NCBI GenBank assembly: GCA_041907665.1
Contig: JAYRGW010000001.1
Span: 93,915 to 157,914 of the forward strand
Origin: Bacteroidaceae bacterium
GTDB lineage: Bacteria; Bacteroidota; Bacteroidia; Bacteroidales; Bacteroidaceae
Length of the DNA stretch: 64,000 bases
Direction of reading: 5' to 3'
Shown: in pieces, positions 20,230-31,669 of the stretch
Layout of the letters: each line of letters starts with the position of its first letter
Position numbering within the stretch: position 1 is the first letter of the stretch
The notes under the pieces: generated by a model
Seen by the model: the letters and a program-made list of their open reading frames with translations, nothing else
What the model was told of the DNA's origin: nothing
Databases searched by the model: none
Program-made: the position numbers and the translations under genes

Positions 20230-22686
20230 TTATCGGATGACGTTAAGATCGGCATCGAGGTTGTATGTCTTTCCTTTCACTGTTCTAAACGATTGCGTTT
20301 TATTCTTATATCTGATGTGGCACATTCCGCCCGATTTTGATGTTATCGTAGCTCTCTTTAGTTTGTTGCCGGTCCACTTCATGCTGACCTCGAAGTTCCC
20401 TCTTGCGCAAAGTCCTTTTACCGAACCGCTTTTCCATGCGTCAGGCAGTGCCGGTAGCAATTGTATGAAACCCAAATGACTTTGCATCAGCATCTCTGTC
20501 ATACCGGCAGTGCCACCGAAGTTACCGTCAATCTGAAATGGCGGGTGTGTATCCCATAAGTTATCCATCGTACCGTTCTTTAGCAGATTGCCCAATAGCA
20601 TATAGGCGTGATTTCCGTCTTCAAGTCTTGCCCATTGATTGAGCTTCCATCCCATGCTCCATCCTGTAGCGCCATCTCCGCGATGTTCTAAAACTACTTT
20701 GGCAGCTTGAGCCAGCGCAGGTGTAGTGATAGGAGAAATTGTATGTCCGGGATGTAGTCCGAACAGATGGTTTACGTGGCGGTGATGGTCGTTGGGGTCA
20801 TCAATATCTTTTGACCATTCCATCAGTTGTCCATATCGTCCTATTTCGTATGGTGCCAAGTGCTTGAGCACATCTTCCCAGCCTTTTCTTTCGCTGCTGT
20901 CTATTCCTAGTGTCTTGGACGCAGATATGGCATCCAAAAGTATCTCGCGAATCACTGCGTGAACAAATGTTGCTCCTTCGTCTATTGGTCCATGTTCGGG
21001 AGAAGTAGATGGGGCGGCAGTATAAGTTCCGTCGGGTTTATGCCAGAGATAGTCGGTGGCAAAGTCGGCAGCTCCTTTGATGATTGGGTAGCCGGTCTCT
21101 CTTAGAAATCTCATGTCGCGAGTGTAGTCGTAGCAATCCCAAATGTGTGTTGCCAGCCATGGTCCGGCCATAGGAGAAAAGTTCCACGACATGTCTTCAC
21201 TTATCAATGGGGTAGTGAATCCAAAAATATTGGCCGAGATAGATGCCGTCCAGCCGCGTGTACCAAAATAAGCTTTTGCAGTCCTTTCACCCGGTTTGAT
21301 CAGTGTTCGTATGAAGTCTACAAGCGGTTTGTTGCATTCGCCGAGATTGGTGGAAAAGGCCGGCCAATAGTTCATCTGAATGTTGATGTTGTTGTGGTAG
21401 TCTACATTCCAAGGGCCTTCTACACCGTTGTGCCATATTCCTTGCAGGTTGGCAGGCATATTGCCTGGTCGCGAACTGGCGATGAGCAGATAGCGGCCGT
21501 ATTGATAATATAGAGATTCTAAGTAAGAGTCTGCTGTGCCTTTGCGATAATTTTCCAATCGTCTATCAGTAGGTTCGTCTACGGTGCCTTTATCCGGGTT
21601 CAGGTTGAGGCTGACTCTGTCGAACAAGTTGGAGTAGTCTTTGTAATGTTCGGCAAATAGTGCGCCGTAACTTTTGCTTTCGGCCGATTGTATCCATTTG
21701 TTTGTTGTCTCCGTAGGATCAGTGCCAACGTATGTTTTCGGATCTTTGAAATCAGGGTCGAAATTCATCTTATAATCTGTATCGGCAGTTACATAGAACA
21801 CGACTTCATCAGCGTTTTCGGCAGTTAGTTTAGTACCGTCGTTAGACAGATGCCCCCCTTTTACTTCTGCTCTGATGCGAACCACGAATTGCATATTATT
21901 GTTTTCTAAGTGCGAAACGAATATTAGTCCGTTGTTTCCGTCGGCTCTGATCTTTCCTATCAGCAAAGGATTTGGCGCATAGCTGAATGTTAGATTCTGC
22001 ATACCTCGCTGGGTAGCCTTGAAACGAATGACCATTACATTGGCGGGATAAGAAATAAAATAGTCGCGCAGGTATCCAATTCCTTCTTTCTGAAAAGAAA
22101 CTTTTACCAATGCCGAATCGAGTGATAGCGAACGGCGGTAATTGCTTATACCGGTATCGGTAAGTCCTGTTGCGATATAAAACTCTCCGGCAGTGGTGAA
22201 ATTGCCGAAACGGAAAGGGTTTTCCTCGTTCGAAGCGTAGGCCACATCACTATTGAAATTTTTTCGTGTCAGCGAATCAGCTCGTCTATCATCTTTCTGG
22301 GCAAATGCTTGTCTGATATCTGTCAGTACGTGCGCAGAATTCTTGTTGACATCCCAATAATAAGCAGGCCCTTTAATCGTATTGGGTCCGCCTCGCCACA
22401 ATGTCTTTTCATTGAATGTGATTCGTTCGGATTCAATGGAACCTAATATATTTGCCCCAAGACTTCCGTTTCCAATAGGTAGCGAGCGCATCTCCCAGCT
22501 CTTGTCCGTATTTTGATTATCCCATGGTGCTTTGCCTTGAAGATTATTGGGAGTGTCGAACCATATCGTTAATCCATGGTTGCTTTTGTGTGCCGATTGT
22601 GCTTTTAAAGGTTGCCAGACAGAAACAACCAACAGAATGTGCAATATAACTAAACATAGACATGTCGAAGTGAGTGGTTTTCTCAT
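20230..22686 (-). CDS. GH95-family glycoside hydrolase (alpha-L-fucosidase-like)
   Basis: 818 aa with a signal peptide. It has the GH95 N-terminal signature (WFDTPN...WEMRSLPIGNGSLGANILG...ERITFNEKTLWRGGP) and an (alpha/alpha)6 core of the right length. Confidence 0.8.
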   Translation of the reverse strand: MRKPLTSTCLCLVILHILLVVSVWQPLKAQSAHKSNHGLTIWFDTPNNLQGKAPWDNQNTDKSWEMRSLPIGNGSLGANILGSIESERITFNEKTLWRGGPNTIKGPAYYWDVNKNSAHVLTDIRQAFAQKDDRRADSLTRKNFNSDVAYASNEENPFRFGNFTTAGEFYIATGLTDTGISNYRRSLSLDSALVKVSFQKEGIGYLRDYFISYPANVMVIRFKATQRGMQNLTFSYAPNPLLIGKIRADGNNGLIFVSHLENNNMQFVVRIRAEVKGGHLSNDGTKLTAENADEVVFYVTADTDYKMNFDPDFKDPKTYVGTDPTETTNKWIQSAESKSYGALFAEHYKDYSNLFDRVSLNLNPDKGTVDEPTDRRLENYRKGTADSYLESLYYQYGRYLLIASSRPGNMPANLQGIWHNGVEGPWNVDYHNNINIQMNYWPAFSTNLGECNKPLVDFIRTLIKPGERTAKAYFGTRGWTASISANIFGFTTPLISEDMSWNFSPMAGPWLATHIWDCYDYTRDMRFLRETGYPIIKGAADFATDYLWHKPDGTYTAAPSTSPEHGPIDEGATFVHAVIREILLDAISASKTLGIDSSERKGWEDVLKHLAPYEIGRYGQLMEWSKDIDDPNDHHRHVNHLFGLHPGHTISPITTPALAQAAKVVLEHRGDGATGWSMGWKLNQWARLEDGNHAYMLLGNLLKNGTMDNLWDTHPPFQIDGNFGGTAGMTEMLMQSHLGFIQLLPALPDAWKSGSVKGLCARGNFEVSMKWTGNKLKRATITSKSGGMCHIRYKNKTQSFRTVKGKTYNLDADLNVIR

Positions 22687-22833
22687 ATAAGTAGCATTTA
22701 TTTGAAAGAAGATTCTAAAGATAATGGATATTACGGAATGATCAAAATTTATTTTCTATTTCTAAATCGCATGTTATTAATTCAGAGATAGCGTGATGAG
22801 TTTCATAGATGGAAATAGGGTGGTATATAAATA

Positions 22834-22861
22834 AAGGAGGAAGCACAACGGCCTCCTCCTT
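22834..22861 (-). terminator. Rho-independent terminator of the efflux operon
   Basis: The minus strand reads AAGGAGGAGGC-cgttgt-GCTTCCTCCTT followed by TATTTAT. It lies 35 bp after the tolC-like stop. Confidence 0.6.
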
Positions 22862-22895
22862 CTGGTCTATTTGGTTATCAATTCAATTCGTCCGT

Positions 22896-24170
22896 TCAAT
22901 TTATATCCCATATCCCGGCGCTCTTCTCCAAGTTTATTAACGCGGAATCATAATCGAATACCGCTTCGTAATATTGCCCTTGCACTTCGTTGTAGGTGCG
23001 TTGGGCGTTGAGAACCTCCAGTAGGGAAGTGTCGCCTCTATTGTAACTATAGATTTTGCCTTTCAATACCTCATAAGCTTGTCTAAGTAGCCCATTTTCG
23101 AAGTGAAGCACTTGCTTTGCAGCCGATTCGTAATCGTAGTAAGCTTTCATTATCTCGTTCTGAACCTGTAGCGCTGCTTGGTCGTACTCCAATGAAGCTT
23201 GCCTTACTCGTTGCTTGGCGGCATTAATACTACCTCTGTTCATTTTTGAAAATGGAATAGGAAGTGATATTCCTGCTGTCAGGCTATTGTATGACGGAGC
23301 CGGTGCAATCTCGTTCTTTACTTCTGCATTGTGTCCCAACTCCAGTGAAACCGTAACGTCACTGTTTTTCTCTCGTTGTGCTACTTTCAAGGCTTTGTTG
23401 GCAACATCTATGTTTTGCATGGCTGCAACCAAGTCCGTTCTTTGGGTTTTGCCTTGTTCTATCAAATCTGCCAATCTGTACGAACGGTACGTCAGCTTTA
23501 TTGCCGATTCGGGTTGATACAGCAGGTTTGATTTCGTGGTTCCTGTGTAGAGAGACAATTCGGTGAGCGCTTTATTCTTTTCGGTCTCGGCTTGAAGCAG
23601 TTCGTTATACATCAATCCCGCTTCAACCTTGCTTTGTATGGCATCTATCTCCATTATTTTACCTTTCGCGAAACGTATGCTATCCGATTTAGCTAAATCG
23701 GATATGTTTTGATAGGCCTCTTTTTTTGTCTCATATAGTTTCTTCTGCCTCAACGATTCGAAGAAAGAAACCGTAGCATCTGCATGGAGATTTCTCAGAT
23801 AGTCGGCAAGTAATGATTTAGAAAGTTCTGTTTCGCTTTTGGCTAAACCGATGGCTGCCGAACGTTTGCCAAAGGTGAAGGTCTGCGAAATGGAGATCGA
23901 ACCACCATATCCCATTTTTTTCTTTACTTGTTCGTTATTGAAGTAATTGAATCCGAGTTGTGGATCATTCCTTACTTTTGCTGCGATAACTTGTGCCTCG
24001 GCTATGCTGACATTAAGTTTTTGTGCCGCATATTCCAAGTTTCCCGAGTCTACCTTTTGCAGATAAGTAGAAAATGTGATAGGCTTTATGGTCGTCTGAG
24101 AATACCCCAACGACCAAAGGGCAATGCTGATGATAGTCAGCATTAGCCGTTTATTACTGAATGTTTTCAT
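22896..24170 (-). CDS. TolC-family outer-membrane efflux protein
   Basis: About 424 aa counted from MKTFSNKRLMLTIISIALWSLGYSQ. The longest ORF would start at 24215. The body shows the two-repeat helical pattern typical of outer-membrane factors. It is the last gene of the RND operon. Confidence 0.8.
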   Translation of the reverse strand: MKTFSNKRLMLTIISIALWSLGYSQTTIKPITFSTYLQKVDSGNLEYAAQKLNVSIAEAQVIAAKVRNDPQLGFNYFNNEQVKKKMGYGGSISISQTFTFGKRSAAIGLAKSETELSKSLLADYLRNLHADATVSFFESLRQKKLYETKKEAYQNISDLAKSDSIRFAKGKIMEIDAIQSKVEAGLMYNELLQAETEKNKALTELSLYTGTTKSNLLYQPESAIKLTYRSYRLADLIEQGKTQRTDLVAAMQNIDVANKALKVAQREKNSDVTVSLELGHNAEVKNEIAPAPSYNSLTAGISLPIPFSKMNRGSINAAKQRVRQASLEYDQAALQVQNEIMKAYYDYESAAKQVLHFENGLLRQAYEVLKGKIYSYNRGDTSLLEVLNAQRTYNEVQGQYYEAVFDYDSALINLEKSAGIWDIN

Positions 24171-27100
24171 TGTCTGCAATTTCCAATTTATTCTTTTTCT
24201 GTTCTTTATCTTCATGCCTTTTCTCGATCATGAAGTAAAGGGCCGGAAGTATATATAATGTAATGACTGTAGAGAACAACAGTCCATAGACAATAACCGT
24301 AGCGAGCGGGCGTTGCACATCCGACCCAATTCCTGTTGTAATAGATGCCGGGAACAAACCGAGGATAGCTACTGTTGCCGTCATGATAATGGGGCGGAAC
24401 CGATGCGTGCTGCCTTCTGTAACAGCATCGTATAAACTCTTTCCTTTTTTGCGAAGATTGTTGATATGAGATACCATAATGACACCATTCTGAATGGCTA
24501 CTCCGACTAAAGCGATGAATCCTACGGCAGACGATACATTGAGCGTCATTCCTCTTAGGTTGAGTGCGAGCATTCCTCCAAAGAGAGCCAACGGTATGAT
24601 GCACATCTGTAGAACGGCTTGCCTGAACTTACCGAATGCGGCAAATAGTAAAAGTAGCATAATACCCAATGTCAAGGGAATGACAACCCCCAATTTGGCA
24701 TAGGCCCGCTGTTGATTCTCAAATTGACCTCCCCATCGCAGTTGAATGTTTTGCTTGTTGAAGTGAACGTTTTTATTTATTTGTCGGTTCGCTTCTTGCA
24801 AGAAAGAGGTCAAGTCGTTGCCTCGAAGATTTACTCTAACAGTCAAGTGACGTTTGTTCATCTCGCGTGATATGCAACTAGCTCCAGTTGTCAGCTTGAT
24901 AGTAGCGACCTGCGAAAGAGGAATTTTCACGCCGGAATTGGTTGTCAACATTAAATTGCCAATCTTCTCTGGAGTATCCCTGCTGTCTTGATTCAACTTA
25001 CAGGTTACGTCATACGATTTGCTACCTACAAATATCTCTGAGATAGGCGTACCACCAATTGCCATTTCGATAACATCTGCCACATCTGATATGTTCAGTC
25101 CGTATAATGCGATTTTGTCTCGGTCGGCAATGATCTGCAGCTGTGGTAACGGAGGCTCTTCATCAATTGTTACGTCGGCAGCCCCCTTTATTTTATTCAG
25201 GGTGTTCACTATTTGTTCGCCAACGTTTCGTATCTCTTTCAAATCATCTCCATATATCTTGACCGCAAGATCGCTATGTGCTCCTGCTATCTGATCCATT
25301 ACCATATCTAGTATGGGCTGCGAAAATCCGACAGTGTATCCCGGCATTTTGCTTAGTGTATCAGACATCTTTTCTATTAGTTGGGCCTTGGTTAGCCCAC
25401 TTTTCCATGTATTGTAGGGCTTTAATCCGATGCAGCATTCTACGTGAGAAAGAGAGAACGCATCAGTTCCCTCGTCGTCTCGCCCAACTTGTGTCATAAC
25501 GTAAGATACCTCATCAAAGCCCTTAATTACTTTTCTGAAGTCGGCAGCCATTTGCTTTGATTTCTCTTGAGAAATGCCCGGAGGCAACTGCATCTGTACC
25601 CAGATGGAACCTTCATCAAGCGGAGGAAGAAAATCTTTTCCTACCATCCAGCTTAGCCCGATGGCGAGTATCAATATGACAGCCAGCGGTCTCAGAACTT
25701 TTTTAGGATGTTGGAGTATCTTTATAGTCTGCTTGTGGTAACCGTTGGAGAGCTTTTCGAGCCATTTGTTCTGGCGCATTTTAGTCGGCTTATGATAGAT
25801 GATGTACGATAAGGCCGGAGTGAGTAAAAAAGAAACACACATCGCACCGATTAATGCATATCCTACGGTATAGGCCATTGGGGTGAAAAGCTTTTTCTCA
25901 ATATGCTCGAAAGTAAAGAGAGGCAGATAGGCGGTAATAATAATTAGGGTAGAGAATAGAATAGGACGTGCTACTTCTAGCGTTCGTTTCAACGTCGATT
26001 CTTCTTCTAAAGGTGCAAGAGGATGGCTCTCTCTCTTCTTCAATATGGTTTCCATCATTACAATCGAACCGTCCACGAGTATACCGAAGTCGATGGCTCC
26101 CAATGAAAGTAAATTGGCGGGAATACCTGTGAGGTGCATCAAGATGAAGGCTATAAGTAAAGACAGAGGAATAGTCAATGCAACGACTGCCGCACCTCTC
26201 CAATTGCCCAAGAAGATGAATAAGACAAGTAGTACCAATATCATACCTTCTAGAAGAGTATGAGATACGGTATGTAATGTGGTATTCACTAAATTGGTGC
26301 GATCTACAAAAGGATGGATAGAAACTCCCTTTGGTAATCCGCCGTGGTTGAGTTCTTCGACGGACTGATGTATTCCATCCAATACTTTTGAGGGGTTCTG
26401 AAAGCGAAGCATCTGTACGATACCTTCTACTCCGTCTGAAAGATTGGTTGAGTCGGAAGAAAAGCCTAAAACACCTTTTCGTTCGAGATTACCGTATTTG
26501 AGTGTTCCTATGTCATTGATGTATATAGGTACTCCATCCTTTGAGCTAATAACTATTTTACCTATATCATCGAGGTTCTTTACCAAGCCTATGCCTCGAA
26601 TGACATAACTTAAGTCTCCTTGTTGTAGAATGCTTCCGCCGGCGTTTACATTATTTTTCTCTATCTTGTCTTTGATATCGGACAGAGTAATGTCGTACTG
26701 CTCCATCTTATGCGGATCTATTTCTATCTGATACTGTGTAGTGATTCCTCCAAAATTACTTACGTCGGCAACTCCTATCACTTGTTTCAGACGTGGAATG
26801 ACAACCCATTTGTTTATATCGGTAAGTTCTCTTAGATCATGATTTTTGCTTTCGAGCACATAACGATAAATCTCTCCGATAGGAGATGTTAATGGATTAA
26901 GCGAAGGAGTGGCACTATAGGGTAGCTCTACATCGGTGAGTCGCTCTTGTACTCGCTGCCTTGCCCAGTAATCGTCTACTCCGTCTTGAAACACCAAGAT
27001 AATTGTCGAGATACCAAACGAACTGCGACTACGCATTACGGTGGTTCCCGGCAATCCGTTCAGTGCACGTTCTATCGGAATAGTGATCTGCTGTTCTATT

Positions 27101-27279
27101 TCTTCGGCTGCAAGGCCCGGAACTTGGGTTATCACCTGAACGGTAACGTCAGCAATATCGGGATATGCATCGATAGCTAATTGTTTCCATGAATAATATC
27201 CGATGGCGGCGACAAAACAAAAAGCAACAATCATCAGTCCTCGCCGATGAAAGGCTAAAGATATTAATTTTTTCATCAC
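24154..27279 (-). CDS. CusA/CzcA-family heavy-metal RND efflux permease
   Basis: 1041 aa. The N-terminus (IDAYPDIADVTVQVITQVPGLAAEEIEQQITIPIE) and the 12-TM layout with two large periplasmic loops are typical of HME-RND pumps. Confidence 0.85.
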   Translation of the reverse strand: MMKKLISLAFHRRGLMIVAFCFVAAIGYYSWKQLAIDAYPDIADVTVQVITQVPGLAAEEIEQQITIPIERALNGLPGTTVMRSRSSFGISTIILVFQDGVDDYWARQRVQERLTDVELPYSATPSLNPLTSPIGEIYRYVLESKNHDLRELTDINKWVVIPRLKQVIGVADVSNFGGITTQYQIEIDPHKMEQYDITLSDIKDKIEKNNVNAGGSILQQGDLSYVIRGIGLVKNLDDIGKIVISSKDGVPIYINDIGTLKYGNLERKGVLGFSSDSTNLSDGVEGIVQMLRFQNPSKVLDGIHQSVEELNHGGLPKGVSIHPFVDRTNLVNTTLHTVSHTLLEGMILVLLVLFIFLGNWRGAAVVALTIPLSLLIAFILMHLTGIPANLLSLGAIDFGILVDGSIVMMETILKKRESHPLAPLEEESTLKRTLEVARPILFSTLIIITAYLPLFTFEHIEKKLFTPMAYTVGYALIGAMCVSFLLTPALSYIIYHKPTKMRQNKWLEKLSNGYHKQTIKILQHPKKVLRPLAVILILAIGLSWMVGKDFLPPLDEGSIWVQMQLPPGISQEKSKQMAADFRKVIKGFDEVSYVMTQVGRDDEGTDAFSLSHVECCIGLKPYNTWKSGLTKAQLIEKMSDTLSKMPGYTVGFSQPILDMVMDQIAGAHSDLAVKIYGDDLKEIRNVGEQIVNTLNKIKGAADVTIDEEPPLPQLQIIADRDKIALYGLNISDVADVIEMAIGGTPISEIFVGSKSYDVTCKLNQDSRDTPEKIGNLMLTTNSGVKIPLSQVATIKLTTGASCISREMNKRHLTVRVNLRGNDLTSFLQEANRQINKNVHFNKQNIQLRWGGQFENQQRAYAKLGVVIPLTLGIMLLLLFAAFGKFRQAVLQMCIIPLALFGGMLALNLRGMTLNVSSAVGFIALVGVAIQNGVIMVSHINNLRKKGKSLYDAVTEGSTHRFRPIIMTATVAILGLFPASITTGIGSDVQRPLATVIVYGLLFSTVITLYILPALYFMIEKRHEDKEQKKNKLEIADNENIQ

Positions 27280-27281
27280 CT

Positions 27282-28388
27282 TTAGAATACGTTATTGAGA
27301 TAGAATGCTCCTTCGTAAATGATTTCTTCGCCTTGATTCAGTCCGTCAGTGATAGCTGCTTGTCCGGCAGAAGCTGTGGTAGTGTGCACTGCTCGTTTTA
27401 AGTATTTGTTTTTTCCGACTTTCACAAACACATAGGTCGAATTCTCTTCCTGTAAGATGGCAGAAGATGGTACCATTATCTTTTGGGTGGGTCTATCAAT
27501 CAATTTCACATAGCCATACATTCCGGGTTTCATTAATCGGTTGGTATTGTTGCATTCGATGATGACCTCTACCGAGTGAGTATCTTGGTCCATTATCTGG
27601 CTGATATGGTATATTTTTCCTTCTATCTCTTTGTTGGGCATGGAAACCAATGCAATCTTGACAGTCGATAAACTCCTGATTAAACTGATATCCTTCTCTT
27701 TGACGTGAGCTACAACCCATACCTTGTTCAGATTGGCTACTGTAGCTACCGGCTCAGCATCTTCTTTCAAATATTGGCCTATGACGATGTCGCTTTTTAT
27801 AACTTCTCCCGATAGAGGAGAACGAACGACAAGCGGTTGCCCTAGTTTCATTTGTTTGGGTGATATGTGATAGATGGATAGAGCAGCTCTAGCATTTTCT
27901 ACTTCTTTTTTCTTCAGTGTGTAGTTAAGCTCGGCATCTTCTTCTTCTTTTTTCACGCCGACTTTATTTTTTACTAGGTCTTTTTCTCTCCTCATATTAA
28001 TATAGGCGACTTTTAGCTCTTGCATTGACTGATAGTAGTCTTTTATCGATTCGTAGAAATCTGCCGAGCTAATCTCGAATAACGGACTTCCAACTCTAAC
28101 TTTTTGTCCTAAGCGAACAAAAGATCTTGTGATACGTCCTGCAAATGGAGAAGCTATTTTTGCAAAATTATTAGGGATGGCTTCAACAACTCCAGAAGCC
28201 GTGAATGTTTCGTTATATGACTGTAGAGTTGCTGATTCTGTCTTAATCTTTTTTTGTAATGAAGATTGCGACGGAATACATATAGTATCACCATGAGTGA
28301 AATAGTCTTGCTGATTATTGGATTCTTTTCCACTTTTGCAAGACGACATAGCAATAACTAGTACAAGAAAGTAATAGTAAATTCTCAT
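27282..28388 (-). CDS. RND efflux periplasmic adaptor (membrane fusion protein, CzcB/CusB-like)
   Basis: 368 aa with a lipoprotein-like signal (AMSSC). It has coiled-coil hairpin and beta-barrel segments. Its stop lies 2 bp before the permease start. Confidence 0.8.
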   Translation of the reverse strand: MRIYYYFLVLVIAMSSCKSGKESNNQQDYFTHGDTICIPSQSSLQKKIKTESATLQSYNETFTASGVVEAIPNNFAKIASPFAGRITRSFVRLGQKVRVGSPLFEISSADFYESIKDYYQSMQELKVAYINMRREKDLVKNKVGVKKEEEDAELNYTLKKKEVENARAALSIYHISPKQMKLGQPLVVRSPLSGEVIKSDIVIGQYLKEDAEPVATVANLNKVWVVAHVKEKDISLIRSLSTVKIALVSMPNKEIEGKIYHISQIMDQDTHSVEVIIECNNTNRLMKPGMYGYVKLIDRPTQKIMVPSSAILQEENSTYVFVKVGKNKYLKRAVHTTTASAGQAAITDGLNQGEEIIYEGAFYLNNVF

Positions 28389-28438
28389 ATTTCTTACGTT
28401 AATAGTTTATGTTATTGGTGGGTGTTGTTTCTTTGTCT

Positions 28439-28780
28439 TTAGAATGTGTCAATAGCCAAAGGAGGTCCCCGTAAGAAAATATGTTGTAAATGTTTGAGTG
28501 TATGTAATAAATGAAATGTAGAAGTGAGTCTTCCTATGAGGCATAAGAAAATGGCAATGAAAGCCGCAAATGTAGTAAAAAAGAGAGCTTTAGAAAGAAG
28601 AGATATTGTAATATAGGCAGAAGTGGTGTGGGAATGAGGTCCTTTGAATGGGTGAGAGTGAGTAACCGGACCGAAAGGGGTCTGGTGAGTATGCATAAAA
28701 AAGGTAGAACATCCATAATAGTTCATGAAAAGAACTATTAGGAATAATCCTGATAATAATCGTAACCTTTTGGCTCTCAT
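28439..28780 (-). CDS. Small His-rich two-TM membrane protein, first gene of the efflux operon
   Basis: 113 aa. Domain order: TM1 (LLSGLFLIVLFMNYY), His-rich loop MHTHQTPFGPVTHSHPFKGPHSHTT, TM2 (ALFFTTFAAFIAIFLCLIG), His-rich tail HLLHTLKHLQH. It ends 50 bp upstream of the adaptor gene. Confidence 0.5.
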   Translation of the reverse strand: MRAKRLRLLSGLFLIVLFMNYYGCSTFFMHTHQTPFGPVTHSHPFKGPHSHTTSAYITISLLSKALFFTTFAAFIAIFLCLIGRLTSTFHLLHTLKHLQHIFLRGPPLAIDTF

Positions 28781-28934
28781 ACTGAAATTCTCAAAACTTC
28801 TTTGTATGTTCTTTTTCTGTTTGCAAACTTACGTAAAATAAATGAATAACATGATGCAGTTTAATGACAAAAAGCATTTTTCTCATTATGAATAAGGAAA
28901 ATGCCTTTGTTTTTATTGGAGTTATATGGTAACT

Positions 28935-31550
28935 TTAAAGATTTGCCAACTCTATTATTCTATTTACAGCATCACGAAGCCCATCTTTGTTTTTACCTCC
29001 AGCTTGTGCAAAATGTGGTTGTCCGCCACCGCCACCTTGAATAAGTTTGGCAGCCTCTTTTACCATCATACCTGCTTTCAATCCTTTGGCAACTAATTCA
29101 TCGCTAATAGCGACAGTCAACATTGGTCTTCCATTGTCGTCTGTACCTGCAACGAAGAATGAGTTCGGAACTTCACTACGAATCTGGAAAGCTAAGTTTT
29201 TCACCATTTCGGCTGGCATTGTGCTGCAGATGCTAACAAGCTTCACTCCATTTATATTTGTAGCATTTTCTATCAATTTAGTTTTTAAGGAAGCTTCTTT
29301 CTCATGCATAAATTCTTCGATCTGTTTCTTTAGGGCTGCATTCTCTTCAATGGATTTTGAGATGGCTCCTCTTAGATCTGGAACATTATTGAATAACTCT
29401 TTCATTCCTTTGATCAGATCTTCGTATTGTTCCATTAGCTCTTCTGCTTTCGTTCCAGTAACAGCCTCTATACGTCTTACTCCAGCTGCAACGCTGCTTT
29501 CAGAAAGAATCTTAAACATGCCAATTTTACCAGTTGCACTAACATGTGTACCTCCACAGAATTCAATTGATTGCCCGAATTGAACAACACGAACTTTGTC
29601 TCCATATTTTTCGCCAAACAGTGCAATGGCTCCTAATTCTTTGGCTTTTTCTATAGGGTAATCACGTTTCTCTTGTAGAGGAATGTCTTCGCGAACATGT
29701 TCATTAACGATATGTTCTACTTGGCGTAGTTCTTCGTCAGTCACTTTCTGAAAGTGAGAAAAGTCAAAACGTAAACCTTCTGAATTCACAAGCGAACCTT
29801 TTTGCTCTACATGATTGCCTAATACTTGCCGTAATGCCTGATCGAGCAAGTGGGTAGCAGAGTGGTTGGCAGCAGAGGCATTGCGTTTTTCAATATCAAC
29901 ACATGCCATAAATTCTGCTGATGGGTCGTTTGGACATTTGGGAGAGAGGTGTATCGTAAGATTGTTTTCTTTCTTGGTGTTAATGATGTCAATGGTCTCA
30001 CCTTCGCAAACCAATACACCCGTATCACCTACTTGTCCGCCCGATTCAGCATAGAATGGAGTATTGTCGAGAACAATTTCGTAAAAAGTATTTTTCTTTT
30101 GAGATACTTCACGATAACGAAGAATGTGTACGTTGTATTCGGTATAATCATAGCCTACAAAGTTCGATACACCAGGCTTTAGCTCAACCCAGTCTCCTGT
30201 TTCTACAGCTGCCGCATTACGTGCTCGTTGTTTCTGCTTGTCCATTTCCGCTTTGAACTCATCTTCGTTGAGAGATAAGTTGTTCTCTCGAAGAATCAAC
30301 TCTGTTAAGTCGAGAGGAAAGCCGAAAGTATCATATAAAGTAAAAGCGTTTTTCCCGCTGATCTCCTTTATTCCTTCCTCTTTAGCACGTTCCATTACAT
30401 TGTCGAGTAATCGGATACCGTTATCGAGAGTACGTAAAAATGCCTCTTCTTCGTCTTTCGTGACTTTCATGATGAGCTCTTTCTGTGCTACGAGTTCCGG
30501 ATAAGCTTCGCCCATCTCAGCGTTTAGTACTGGAACTAACTTATACATGAAAGGAGCTTTTTGATCGAGGAAAGTGTAACCATAGCGAACTGCTCGGCGC
30601 AGGATGCGGCGAATGACATAGCCGGCTTTTGCGTTTGATGGCAGTTGACCGTCAGCTATTGAGAAAGCGATAGTACGAATATGATCTGCAATAACTCGCA
30701 TAGCTACGTCTTTTTGTTCGTTTTTACCATATTCAATCTTTGAAAGACTCGAGATTTCTTTAATGAGCGGTTGAAATACGTCGGTGTCGTAATTGGATGT
30801 CTTGTCTTGCAAAGCCATGCATAGGCGTTCAAATCCCATACCGGTATCGATTACTTTGTTGGGAAGTGGCTCGAGCGATCCATCTGCTTTACGATTATAT
30901 TGCATAAATACTAAATTCCAGATCTCAATAACTTGGGGATGGTCTTTATTTACAAGTGTTTTGCCGTTTATTAGTTTACGCTCTTCTTCAGTTCGTAAGT
31001 CAATATGAATTTCTGAACAGGGGCCACAAGGACCTGTATCGCCCATCTCCCAAAAATTATCGTGCTTATTGCCATTGATTATACGATCGGGTGAAATGAA
31101 TTGTGCCCAATATTCAGCGGCTTCATTGTCACGTTCCAATTTATCGGTTGGTGAACCTTCAAATACTGTTACGTATAGTAAGTCAGGATTAATCTTTACG
31201 ACATCTATTAGAAATTCCCACGCGTATTCAATCGCTTCTTTCTTAAAGTAATCACCAAACGACCAGTTTCCTAACATCTCGAACATCGTTTGATGATATG
31301 TGTCGTGGCCTACTTCTTCAAGATCATTATGCTTTCCGCTAACGCGTAAACATTTCTGAGAGTCTGTCGCTCGTTTGAATTTGGCTGGCTGGTTACCTAA
31401 AATAATATCCTTAAATTGATTCATTCCGGCATTAGTAAACATCAATGTCGGGTCATCTTTTATTACCATTGGTGCCGAAGGAACAATCTGATGTCCTTTC
31501 GATTGAAAGAAATTTTTAAACGAATCTCTAATTTGATTAGCAGTCAACAT
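28935..31550 (-). CDS. alaS: Alanine--tRNA ligase
   Basis: 871 aa. It has the class II AlaRS N-terminus ([16 protein letters not shown]...[16 protein letters not shown]), the editing-domain HxxxH (HSATHLL) and a C-terminal DHHA1-like GGGG motif. Confidence 0.95.
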   Translation of the reverse strand: MLTANQIRDSFKNFFQSKGHQIVPSAPMVIKDDPTLMFTNAGMNQFKDIILGNQPAKFKRATDSQKCLRVSGKHNDLEEVGHDTYHQTMFEMLGNWSFGDYFKKEAIEYAWEFLIDVVKINPDLLYVTVFEGSPTDKLERDNEAAEYWAQFISPDRIINGNKHDNFWEMGDTGPCGPCSEIHIDLRTEEERKLINGKTLVNKDHPQVIEIWNLVFMQYNRKADGSLEPLPNKVIDTGMGFERLCMALQDKTSNYDTDVFQPLIKEISSLSKIEYGKNEQKDVAMRVIADHIRTIAFSIADGQLPSNAKAGYVIRRILRRAVRYGYTFLDQKAPFMYKLVPVLNAEMGEAYPELVAQKELIMKVTKDEEEAFLRTLDNGIRLLDNVMERAKEEGIKEISGKNAFTLYDTFGFPLDLTELILRENNLSLNEDEFKAEMDKQKQRARNAAAVETGDWVELKPGVSNFVGYDYTEYNVHILRYREVSQKKNTFYEIVLDNTPFYAESGGQVGDTGVLVCEGETIDIINTKKENNLTIHLSPKCPNDPSAEFMACVDIEKRNASAANHSATHLLDQALRQVLGNHVEQKGSLVNSEGLRFDFSHFQKVTDEELRQVEHIVNEHVREDIPLQEKRDYPIEKAKELGAIALFGEKYGDKVRVVQFGQSIEFCGGTHVSATGKIGMFKILSESSVAAGVRRIEAVTGTKAEELMEQYEDLIKGMKELFNNVPDLRGAISKSIEENAALKKQIEEFMHEKEASLKTKLIENATNINGVKLVSICSTMPAEMVKNLAFQIRSEVPNSFFVAGTDDNGRPMLTVAISDELVAKGLKAGMMVKEAAKLIQGGGGGQPHFAQAGGKNKDGLRDAVNRIIELANL

Positions 31551-31669
31551 ACCTAATTATTAACTTATTTTGAAATTTATCTTCACGAAACATTGTGCAA
31601 AGATACTTTCTTTTTAGTATTTTTGCTCCACAAAGCTCTAATTAATTTTCAATAAACTCTTAAAAAAGA

